A DNA stretch of 64,000 bases, from assembly GCA_949840885.1 (NCBI GenBank), contig CATKYJ010000002.1, positions 14,115 to 78,114 of the forward strand, given 5' to 3'. Position numbers and translations under genes: made by a program. Below the pieces are notes generated by a model. That model was not told the DNA's origin, did no database searches, and saw only the letters and a list, made by a program, of their open reading frames with translations. Source of the DNA: an uncultured Acetatifactor sp. GTDB lineage: Bacteria > Bacillota > Clostridia > Lachnospirales > Lachnospiraceae. Positions 1 to 8,149 of the stretch are shown piece by piece. The number at the start of each line of letters is the position of its first letter. The stretch's first letter is position 1.

Positions 1-494
1 ACGAACACCAGCGCACTCTTCACGTCGATGGTGAAAGCCATGATCATGGCACCGAAGACGATGATGGGCGAGCGCAGGAACAGACGCAGCACCAGGTTCA
101 CGCCGGACTGAATCTGGTTCACATCGCTGGTCATGCGTGTGATCATGGTGGACGTCCCGGCCTTGTCGATATTAGTGAAGTCCAGGCCCTGGATATGGTC
201 GAACAGGGCCTGGCGGAGCTTTGCGGAAAACCCTACCGCCGCCTTGGCCGCGAAAAACTGGGCCGTAATGGAGGACACCAGTCCTATCACCGCCAGCGCA
301 AGGAGGCACAGGCCCATCCGCCAGATGTGGCCCTCGTCCGCCCCGCCGGCGCCTCCGGCATTGATGCCCCTGTCGATGATGCTTGCCATCACCAGCGGCA
401 CCAACAGCTCGAAGAAAGCTTCCAGGAGCTTAAACAGCGGCGCCAGGACGGATTCCTTTTTGTAGTCGCGTAAGTACTTCATTAACCTATTCAT
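1..494 (-). CDS. ABC transporter permease/ATP-binding protein, N-terminal part (runs off window)
   Basis: Reverse strand reads MNRLMKYLRDYKKESVLAPLFKLLEAFFELLVPLVMASIIDRGI...TMITRMTSDVNQIQ, typical ABC exporter TMD; AGAGG RBS upstream. Confidence 0.85.
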   Translation of the reverse strand, partial: MNRLMKYLRDYKKESVLAPLFKLLEAFFELLVPLVMASIIDRGINAGGAGGADEGHIWRMGLCLLALAVIGLVSSITAQFFAAKAAVGFSAKLRQALFDHIQGLDFTNIDKAGTSTMITRMTSDVNQIQSGVNLVLRLFLRSPIIVFGAMIMAFTIDVKSALVF

Positions 495-584
495 GCTTGC
501 ACCTCTAAATAATATTTTGTTCCCCGATTCTTTCCATCGGACCGATGACACCTAAGTCCCGGAAAGGGAATCTATCAACATATG

Positions 585-1163
585 TCAATGCTTTTTGGGA
601 GAAGTCTCTTTACCGGAAAGGACTCGATAATTGTGCCGGATATACAGGCTCCATGAGACCAGCATCACCACAACACACAGCATTATCAAACCATTGGAGA
701 CCGCTGCCGGAATATGGGGCCATAGCAGGTGAACCAGTATCGTAAGATACAGCAGCGCCGTGGTCACCTTGCCGTGCCAGACCGCTCCCGTCACCTTGCC
801 GGACTTGCGGATGACCAGGAGGGAGGTCAGCCCCACTGAGGCCTCTTTCACGGACAGCAGCGCCAGCGGGAAGACAATCATCGGAAACCGTGTCACAAGG
901 CAGACTAACATTGCCGCCTGGGTCAGCTTGTCCGCCACCGGATCCAGCATCTTGCCCAGATTGCTCACCATATGGAAACGCCTGGCGATGTATCCGTCCG
1001 CCAGATCTGTCAGTCCGGAGAGAAACAACAGCCCTGCTGTTGTCAGATATTCTTTCCTAACACAGTATGTCCATATAAATACCGGGATCAACACCAGCCG
1101 GAACGCGGACAAAAGATTGGGAATCGTGATCATTCTGTTTTCAACTTCCTTGTCAGAATGCAT
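585..1163 (-). CDS. CDP-alcohol phosphatidyltransferase (PgsA-like)
   Basis: TIPNLLSAFR and DLADGYIARR...SNLGKMLDPVADK signature; AAGGAG RBS. Confidence 0.9.
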   Translation of the reverse strand: MHSDKEVENRMITIPNLLSAFRLVLIPVFIWTYCVRKEYLTTAGLLFLSGLTDLADGYIARRFHMVSNLGKMLDPVADKLTQAAMLVCLVTRFPMIVFPLALLSVKEASVGLTSLLVIRKSGKVTGAVWHGKVTTALLYLTILVHLLWPHIPAAVSNGLIMLCVVVMLVSWSLYIRHNYRVLSGKETSPKKH

Positions 1164-1218
1164 GTTTATATCTCTCCTTTGTGCCTCTCTTCATGCCCAC
1201 TCAAATTCTCTCCCTGTC

Positions 1219-1797
1219 CTACATATGCAAATGCTCAAATTCTCTGCACTTGGTTTCCGCATATTTAAAGTCTACAGTATTCTTTATGTATTTGGGCATA
1301 TTCTCGTCCCCAAACAGCTTGTGCGAATTGGTCTTCTGCCTGTAAATAACATTGGCATTCTTTATAATCATGGATATATTAGCCGTAATGAAAGAATATT
1401 CTTTCATCACTACCTGTTTATAGCTGAAATCCGTTTCGTCAGAAATATAGTATTGTGTAAGTTCATCGGGCGGAACCGGAATCATGTTGCTCAGCTTCAA
1501 TGTCCCTTTCAATTCCAATGCACCGGAAACCGTATCCCTGGTGGTCATCCGTATAATCGGGACAATGCTTTTTCGTATCTCCCATGTTCCGTCTTGTTTT
1601 ATGAGATAATCCGATCTTTTGGGGGAAGAAAATGGAATATAGTAGTGAAATTCATCATGTCTGAATACGATGCCCGGATATTTTCGAGTATGGGAACGAT
1701 TCTCTTCCTTATTGTCAAATACATTCCGTAATCTGGAATCAGACCTGAGAAATGCAATATATCTGTCCGAAACACTGTAAATGCCAACCTTGCCCAT
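1219..1797 (-). CDS. Type III toxin-antitoxin toxin, ToxN/AbiQ family endoribonuclease
   Basis: Motifs YIAFLR, RKYPGIV, YYIPFSSPK, GTLKLSNMIPVP; preceded by terminator and antitoxin-like RNA. Confidence 0.85.
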   Translation of the reverse strand: MGKVGIYSVSDRYIAFLRSDSRLRNVFDNKEENRSHTRKYPGIVFRHDEFHYYIPFSSPKRSDYLIKQDGTWEIRKSIVPIIRMTTRDTVSGALELKGTLKLSNMIPVPPDELTQYYISDETDFSYKQVVMKEYSFITANISMIIKNANVIYRQKTNSHKLFGDENMPKYIKNTVDFKYAETKCREFEHLHM

Positions 1798-1814
1798 AGC
1801 TTCCTTTCACCTGC

Positions 1815-1842
1815 AAAAAGTGGGTGGGGAAATCCCACCCAC
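1815..1842 (-). terminator. Intrinsic terminator between antitoxin RNA and toxin gene
   Basis: GTGGGTGGG-ATTTC-CCCACCCAC followed by TTTTT on minus strand. Confidence 0.85.
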
Positions 1843-1885
1843 GATTTTAAAGCCTCCCGTTTTTGGCGGGGAAACACCTGATTTT
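1843..1885 (-). ncRNA. Putative type III antitoxin RNA (ToxI-like), one 37-nt unit
   Basis: AAAAUC-AGGUGUUUCCCCGCCAAAAACGGGAGGCUUU-AAAAUC; can form an H-type pseudoknot (GGUG/CGCC and UUCCC/GGGAG); lies between promoter and terminator upstream of toxin. Confidence 0.7.
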
Positions 1886-1908
1886 GAGCATCGCTGCTCT
1901 CTACTATT

Positions 1909-1937
1909 ATTTTACGAAATCGAAAGTTATATGTCAA
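1909..1937 (-). promoter_or_regulatory. sigma-A promoter of the type III TA operon
   Basis: TTGACA (1937-1932), 17 bp, TAAAAT (1914-1909). Confidence 0.8.
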
Positions 1938-3176
1938 TCCTTTTTGGCAATTTTTCCATTGTCCATGGCCAACACTCTGTCATACTTATCCAGTATCCCG
2001 TCCTTAATCCGATGGGTTATGGTAAGCAGGGTCAGATTCTCCATGTCCAGCAGCTCCTGCTCTATCTCGTTGGCGGTCTCCACGTCAATGGCAGAGACCC
2101 CCTCGTCCAGAATCAGAAAGTCAATCCCCCGTATGAGAGCCCTTGCCAGAGCAATCCTCTGCTTCTGCCCTCCGGACAGATTTGCCCTGTCCTCGCCGCA
2201 GTCCCCATCCGCTTTCGCCTGTCAATGCCAGCTTTTCTCCTTTCTCTATAATCAGGCTCAAATCCGTCAGAACCGGGATTTCTTCCCGGTACCGGAAGCA
2301 TAAATCATGGATACGGATTTCGTGAAAAAACGCCGGCTCTTTCGTCCACGCAAAGCATTCTTCCCTGCCGTCTATGATATCCAACAGCCTGTCTATCACC
2401 GGCTTGCACCCTCTAAGCAGCGGGACGCATTGGGAAAACAGCATGATTCCGCCCCCGAAGAACCCATAGAGCGACACGAACATCTGCAACGAAAACTGAT
2501 AGAAAGCCTCCGCCAACGCCCTGTTTACTTCCAGAAACCGAAGACGCATCTTCTGGAAGACCCCGAAAGCGGATACAACGTCATACCCATTCAATGCCTC
2601 TTTCAGCTGAACCGACAAGGCTGCTTCACCCACCGTTTTCTCTGCCATGCTCCTCTTTAGATATTTTGTAAGGATCTTTGGAACCACAAAAGATAGCAGG
2701 GAACACAGAACTGCCACCCCGGCCAGCGGCGGACTGTAGACTGTCATGACAGCCAAAGAGAGAACAACGGAGACCCCCGTGCCGGCCAGACTGAAAATGG
2801 GCGAAGAAAAATTGCTGGCCAGTGTGTTTACATCATTGTTTATCATAGAGATATATTCTGCCGTATCCCGTCCGTGAAAACCCCCAGTCCCTTTGCGCAT
2901 AATGCCGTCATACAAATCATTTCGCAAGTCCTCCATGAACCTGTTTTTAAACTTATTTTTTGTCATTGCCCCCAGGTAATACGCAAATCCTGCCACAACG
3001 ACTATCAGAACCACATACCACAGCATATTCCGGAATCCGTCCATATTTCCCTGTACAATGGCATCCAGCATGTTCTTCTCGAAAACAGCGGATACGGATG
3101 CGGCGGTGCTTTCGATGATACTGATGCATAGTGCCAGCAAGGCCAACAGGGAGTGCTTTTTCATGTATCGAAACAT
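1934..3176 (-). pseudogene. Degraded ABC exporter (TMD+NBD) with internal deletion and frameshift
   Basis: Reading frame breaks inside Walker A (ALTGESG-WGLRR); signature LSGGQKQRIALARALIRGIDFLILDEG continues immediately in another frame to TGA at 1934; TMD also looks shortened. Confidence 0.8.
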
Positions 3177-3196
3177 ACCCTCACCCCTCGTATTTT

Positions 3197-4036
3197 TTAC
3201 GGCGCATCCTTTTTCCGCAGAAGAGGAGCTTTCCTTTTATTGGCAATTACGGAAAAGCTGCCATAATTCTCCACCATCAGACGCGCTGCATAGAGAAAGG
3301 GGACAATGGTGCCTACAGCATTGATGCTGTACACTTTCGTATCCCCGTCCTCCGTCTCCAGATCCAGTTCGCGAACCAGCTGGAGACTGGCAAATTCCGC
3401 CAGAAGCGCCTGCGCTTCCTCCAGGCTGCTGCCCAGGCGCTTTGCTATGACATTTAACGTACAGTGCCTGGGAGGCCTTTGATACAAAAGCAATAGCAGT
3501 TCCAGGGCTTTGGGCTTTGAAAGCGCAGAAAACAGCCGGCGGTATGTATCGTTGTCGGCAAAGAACGAACCGTAGCCCTCCGCAGGCTCCGGAAACAGAG
3601 AGAGAAAGGACAGTCTCTCCGAATCAATGCCCAAAAGAATGCCCTCATCCGTGCCATAATAGATGCTGTAATTGTGTGAAATGTCATCGGAAATCGCATT
3701 CAGCCCCATGCTTCCCGATTTCACCGCAGCCCACATCAGGCGGCAGATTTCTTTCAGCCGCATCTCCTCCGGCAGCGCCGCAGCATAATGGGGCAGAGCC
3801 TCCTGCATATTTTCCTCCGTAATGTCCTCACGCCCGAACAGGACATTTACGGATATGCCCAGCCTGTCCGCTATGGAGGGGATCAGGGAAATGTCCGGCG
3901 TACCTCCGGTCTCCCATTGAGAGACTGCCGAGCTGCTGACCCCCAGCGCCTCTCCCAGCTCTTTCTGGGTCAGCTTTGCCTCTTTTCTGTACTTTTGAAT
4001 CTTTCCGCCCTTTTCTATTTTATATAGTTTTATCAT
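3197..4036 (-). CDS. XRE-family HTH transcriptional regulator with C-terminal winged-helix-like region
   Basis: IQKYRKEAKLTQKELGEALGVSSSAVSQWETGGTPDI HTH_3 motif. Confidence 0.85.
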   Translation of the reverse strand: MIKLYKIEKGGKIQKYRKEAKLTQKELGEALGVSSSAVSQWETGGTPDISLIPSIADRLGISVNVLFGREDITEENMQEALPHYAAALPEEMRLKEICRLMWAAVKSGSMGLNAISDDISHNYSIYYGTDEGILLGIDSERLSFLSLFPEPAEGYGSFFADNDTYRRLFSALSKPKALELLLLLYQRPPRHCTLNVIAKRLGSSLEEAQALLAEFASLQLVRELDLETEDGDTKVYSINAVGTIVPFLYAARLMVENYGSFSVIANKRKAPLLRKKDAP

Positions 4037-4082
4037 AAGCCCATTCTATCAAAACAGCGATTAACAAAAAACATGGGAATTG

Positions 4083-4099
4083 TTTAAGATTTCTTTAAG
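4083..4099. promoter_or_regulatory. Direct repeat TTTAAG-N5-TTTAAG, OmpR-family-type operator candidate
   Basis: Exact hexamer direct repeat with 11-bp period upstream of the XRE gene promoter. Confidence 0.4.
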
Positions 4100-4104
4100 A
4101 GGCC

Positions 4105-4137
4105 AAAAAAGGGACTGCCACCGAAGCGACAGCCCCT
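4105..4137 (-). terminator. Probable intrinsic terminator after ABC exporter
   Basis: Imperfect GC-rich hairpin (GGGGCTGTCGC...GTGGCAGTCCC) followed by T6 on minus strand. Confidence 0.55.
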
Positions 4138-4164
4138 CCTCTCTGAACCTTACAGAGGGCAGCA

Positions 4165-5778
4165 TCACTGCAATGTCACCACTTCATCGCAGGCCTCCCG
4201 AATCTGCCTGTCATGAGTGATCACAATTACTATCTTATCTTCCTTTATCTGCTGCAGCATTTCCGTAAACAAAAGGATGCCGTCACTGTCCAGGGCGCTG
4301 GTGGGCTCGTCAAAGCAGAGCACCTGCGTCTCTTTCAGCAAAGCCCTCACAATGGCAATACGCTGCTTTTGGCCGCCGCTTAAATTGCTGCTCTGGCTGT
4401 TGACCTGGGTTTCATACCCCTGGTCTTTTTCTGCCACAAAATCCAGCAGCGCGTAGCGGCTCAGTTCGTCTGCGGATTTTTTCGCCTCTTCCCGGCCGTA
4501 GAAGAGATTGTCGGAAATCGTGCCCTCCATCAGCAAAGGCTCCTGGTTCACAAAGCCCACCATGTCCTTTCTCAATTCCTCCATGTTGATTTCCGATATC
4601 TGCTGCCCGTCCCAGAGCACTTCCCCCGCTTCCGGCTGCAGAATGCCCATCATCAGCAAGAATAAGGTGGATTTGCCTGTTCCGTTTTCCCCGCAGAGCG
4701 CGTATACTTTTCCTTTTTCAAATTTGTAGGAGAACCGCTTCAGTATGTTCTTTTCGCCATAGGAAAATGTCACGTTCTGCAGTTCGACTGCATGTACTTC
4801 CTGCAAAACCCTCTCCCCGCACTGCTCTTTGGGCATTGCCAGCAGCTGGTCCATCATGTCGCAGGAAACCTTATATGTCTCATAGAACTTCCCGCCCTGG
4901 ACTATGTACTGAACCACTGCGATCAGCTGCTGCATGTAAAGGAGCGCCATAGCAAAGTTCTCCACCTGCGATGCCCCTCCGTTTTGTGTGCTGGTAAAAT
5001 AGAGCCCCAGCAGCAGCGCAGGAACCAGCGCTCTGCCTGTCACATTGGACATATTTGACGTAAAGTTGTCAAAGTCCAGATATTTCACTGCCACCTTTAC
5101 AAGTTTTTCCCCGGCTGCCTGGAAATCCCGCTGCGTGGCCTGGTACCAGGAATTCAGCTTTATCGTCAGTACCCTGGCCAGTTTTTTACATACCACGGCC
5201 ACAAACGAAAATTGTTCCTTTCTATGCGCTTCATTTAGCTGGTAATACCGCTTCCTTGTAAAAAAATAAATGGCAGCATATATGCCGATTCCTGCTAGAG
5301 CAAATATCCCCACATAGAAGCTGACCCTGAAAAGCAATATAAGTATCACGATACCCTGAATTGCCTTGAATGCAAGAAGTGGTACTTTCTCCACATAGAA
5401 ATCCATAATGTAGACCAGGTCATTGTTCATCCGCTGACCCAGATAAGAACTGTCTGCCCCCGAGATCTTCTGATAGCTGATCCGCAGCATCTGCTGGAGG
5501 GAGTCCTTTTCCGCCGCCACCAGCAGCTCGTTAGACAATTTGTAATTAAAATGCCCAAAGCAATGGGTTCCGATGGCCTCCGCTGCAATCAGGCACAGCA
5601 TCCACACCGTCAGCGTCCAAATTCCCGCCCCTCCCGCGGTGATGCCTGACAGCATCTTGGAAACCAGCTGGGGAATCAGAAGCTGCGTGATGATAACGCA
5701 CAGATAGGCCAGCAAAAGGATCAGGTATTGCCCTTTTCTTTCTTTCAGGTATTTTGAGTAACGTAGTTTTTGCTTCAT
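4165..5778 (-). CDS. ABC exporter, fused permease/ATP-binding (peptide/bacteriocin-type, no C39 peptidase domain)
   Basis: N-terminal TM helices; GENGTGKST, LSGGQKQR, CFDEPTSALD, ITHD motifs. Confidence 0.9.
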   Translation of the reverse strand: MKQKLRYSKYLKERKGQYLILLLAYLCVIITQLLIPQLVSKMLSGITAGGAGIWTLTVWMLCLIAAEAIGTHCFGHFNYKLSNELLVAAEKDSLQQMLRISYQKISGADSSYLGQRMNNDLVYIMDFYVEKVPLLAFKAIQGIVILILLFRVSFYVGIFALAGIGIYAAIYFFTRKRYYQLNEAHRKEQFSFVAVVCKKLARVLTIKLNSWYQATQRDFQAAGEKLVKVAVKYLDFDNFTSNMSNVTGRALVPALLLGLYFTSTQNGGASQVENFAMALLYMQQLIAVVQYIVQGGKFYETYKVSCDMMDQLLAMPKEQCGERVLQEVHAVELQNVTFSYGEKNILKRFSYKFEKGKVYALCGENGTGKSTLFLLMMGILQPEAGEVLWDGQQISEINMEELRKDMVGFVNQEPLLMEGTISDNLFYGREEAKKSADELSRYALLDFVAEKDQGYETQVNSQSSNLSGGQKQRIAIVRALLKETQVLCFDEPTSALDSDGILLFTEMLQQIKEDKIVIVITHDRQIREACDEVVTLQ

Positions 5779-5823
5779 TTTTCGTCCCTTTCTGTACTGT
5801 CAGTTTTTAAATACAACTCATAC

Positions 5824-5875
5824 TTTCATATGAAATTGCTAAATTTATTATAGCAGGTTATTTATATGACAGCAA
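5824..5875 (-). promoter_or_regulatory. Promoter of ABC exporter with downstream palindromic operator
   Basis: TTGCTG-17-TATAAT with extended TG; perfect palindrome TTTCATATGAAA at 5824-5835. Confidence 0.6.
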
Positions 5876-5921
5876 GGGCTAAGAATATTTTTCAGACAGT
5901 TCCCCCTGTGTCCCGGAACAA

Positions 5922-6560
5922 TTATGAAGTACCTGCTTCACTTAAAAATTGTGCAATTGCGCTTTCCGTACCAGACTGCATAAGGTTTTGAAATAACTGT
6001 ACTTTCTCCATCTGTATATCGCTTGCTTTTATTTTTAATGCGTCCAACAAAAATGTATGCTCCAGTATAACCACCAGTTCTTCTTTGGCAGCCTCCGGAA
6101 TCTCTGTCCCTTTATCCTTTTCAAATTGTCTAAAATAAGATTCCAATTCAGCATGCATAATTTCATGTGTCAAAATTGAAATCGTAGTTTCGATTTCCTC
6201 TGTATCATTTACCAGAACATAAAAACCGTCATCATATTCAAGCGCATATCCGGTGAGATTCTCGCCATTGGGAATCATGATTTCAGTTCCTATCAGCACC
6301 GCAACAATTCTGTCAAAGGGTACCGTATATAATCGATGCCTTCTAAGCCATCTTTCATAATATTCAAAATATGCATTACGTTCCGTATATGAAACTATTT
6401 TTTCGATTCTCTGATTTGCTGCCTCTTTTCCACTTAAAACAAGAGATATGATTATTCTCCGCATCAAAGCTAAAAAATCAGCATATTCCTCTCTCAATAC
6501 GATTCTTCTATTATAATCATTTATCCAGTTATCCACCTTAGTGCTGTAAATTATATGCAT
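5922..6560 (-). CDS. Putative zinc metallopeptidase (HExxH zincin)
   Basis: GYALEYDDGFYVLVND...ILTHEIMH plus downstream EE; start lies 7 bp after the rSAM stop. Confidence 0.6.
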   Translation of the reverse strand: MHIIYSTKVDNWINDYNRRIVLREEYADFLALMRRIIISLVLSGKEAANQRIEKIVSYTERNAYFEYYERWLRRHRLYTVPFDRIVAVLIGTEIMIPNGENLTGYALEYDDGFYVLVNDTEEIETTISILTHEIMHAELESYFRQFEKDKGTEIPEAAKEELVVILEHTFLLDALKIKASDIQMEKVQLFQNLMQSGTESAIAQFLSEAGTS

Positions 6561-6567
6561 TTTTATA

Positions 6568-7848
6568 CTAAAAGCTGCTCTGTAAAAAATTCATCACAGC
6601 TTCCGTATCATTATGTATCATCCAGATGAATTCACTATACACATGCTTATAGAATTCACAAAGCATTGATTTCTCTGACACACCTCCAGTCTCGCTATAA
6701 ACCCTGCAGGGACACGAACAGCAAAATTTCTTCCATGGACAATTCCTGCACTCCTCGACCAGAGTTGTCTGTCTGTTTCTCATTGTCTGAAACCAAGCAT
6801 CCTCCTGGATATTTTTTTCTATATCAATGTTTTGCATATTGACATTTCCTATACAGCCTTTGTCAATAAAGCAGGATTCTTGGCACAGATAAATATTACC
6901 ATTTGGAACAACAAACAATTGATTCATGCCTGCGCCGCAAGGTTCCTTGTAACACATAAAGGGATGAAATAGCAATAAGCTTAAAAAGTAATACATAGCA
7001 TTCGCCTCATAGTACTGCCTATCCTGCAGCATTTGCTTGCAAAAAGCCACATACTCTTTGGCAATCTCTTCCATACTAATTGTGTCTGCCAGAACCTCTT
7101 TGCCTCTTCCAATTGCGCTGATAAGGTTAGCGCGGAATTGATTACATCCTGTAAAGGCAAGCAAGTCTTTTACGCTCTTAAATTGCCCTTTTCGATGGAT
7201 CACTGATATTGTACTATAGCGAATCCCGCTCTCTTTCAATAACTGAATGTTATTGACCACTTCATCAAAAGTACTTCTTCCGTCAGCATAGATTCTGTTG
7301 TCGTTGAATTCCCCCACCCCGTCCAGGCTTAACCCAACAGAAAATTTATATGCCTTAAAAAAAGCAATCATTTCTGCCGTTAAAAGCGTTCCGTTTGTTT
7401 GGACAGTGAATCCTACTTTCTTTCCTGCCTTCTCTGCGATATGGAGGATTTGCGGCACTGCCTTGCTTATCATATTATAATTGAGCAAGGCTTCTCCCCC
7501 ATTGAATTCCACGCAAACCGATGTACTGCATTTTTCAAGTGAAATAAACTTTTCAAAGGCTTTAACTGCTGTCTCGCAGCTCATATTTTCGCCGCAATTC
7601 GTAGCACTTTCAAAGCAATATCTGCACCTCAGATTACATTTCTCGGAAGTTTCTAAAATCAATAAGTTAAACTCTTCGAGCTTTGCTTCATCAGAAACCT
7701 GGCTTATTAATTTATCTTCCATTAACTGATCATATATTGGGCCATTGCTGCCAATACGTATACCAGTGTTTTCTGTCTCAGCCATTTTAGCTAACTCTCT
7801 ATAGCCGGAATCTATCTTCCAGACTCCAGTATCGATATTCAGCACCAA
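6568..7848 (-). CDS. Radical SAM/SPASM-domain protein, peptide-maturase-like (probably extends to ATG 7950 through an in-frame TAG)
   Basis: CNLRCRYC, EFNGGEALL, QTNGTLL, SLDG; SPASM cysteines MCYKEPCGAG...YLCQES...CRNCPWKKFCCSCPCR...LC. Confidence 0.9.
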   Translation of the reverse strand: MVLNIDTGVWKIDSGYRELAKMAETENTGIRIGSNGPIYDQLMEDKLISQVSDEAKLEEFNLLILETSEKCNLRCRYCFESATNCGENMSCETAVKAFEKFISLEKCSTSVCVEFNGGEALLNYNMISKAVPQILHIAEKAGKKVGFTVQTNGTLLTAEMIAFFKAYKFSVGLSLDGVGEFNDNRIYADGRSTFDEVVNNIQLLKESGIRYSTISVIHRKGQFKSVKDLLAFTGCNQFRANLISAIGRGKEVLADTISMEEIAKEYVAFCKQMLQDRQYYEANAMYYFLSLLLFHPFMCYKEPCGAGMNQLFVVPNGNIYLCQESCFIDKGCIGNVNMQNIDIEKNIQEDAWFQTMRNRQTTLVEECRNCPWKKFCCSCPCRVYSETGGVSEKSMLCEFYKHVYSEFIWMIHNDTEAVMNFLQSSF

Positions 7849-7866
7849 AGCCTCTTCGCCTCTTTG

Positions 7867-7950
7867 CTAAAACATAAAATTGTAGCTTTGCTCTTTACCG
7901 TTCGATCCCTCTCTCTGTTCGATGATGAGTGTTTTGATAATCTGCCCCAT
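7867..7950 (-). CDS. 27-aa ORF MGQIIKTLIIEQREGSNGKEQSYNFMF, in frame with the rSAM gene and ending at TAG
   Basis: Strong AGAAAGGCGG RBS before ATG 7950; TAG at 7869-7867, then QRGEEALVLNIDTG continues in the same frame. Confidence 0.6.
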   Translation of the reverse strand: MGQIIKTLIIEQREGSNGKEQSYNFMF

Positions 7951-8149
7951 CTTTATATACCGCCTTTCTGCTGCCTTTTTATCTCTCGCTTGGAACTAAA
8001 TACAGTTTAATCCTTAACCATCCCATTTACCACTAACCAGACAGAAATCTTTTCGTTTCCATTTAGGTTGAGTACTTGTATTTTGTAGTTTTTCGTAATA
8101 TAATTATTTCTGTCACTAAAAACCAAACACACCCGATGGAGGATATCTC

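Noticed and set aside
5922..6560. alpha-ketoglutarate-dependent HExxH hydroxylase of triceptide clusters
   Set aside because: Short protein lacking the PWR-x3-RP-type motif; looks more like a zincin peptidase
7867..7869. Pyrrolysine insertion at the TAG
   Set aside because: No pyl genes in the window, and TAG is used as an ordinary stop in aspS, apt-proximal and purA genes here
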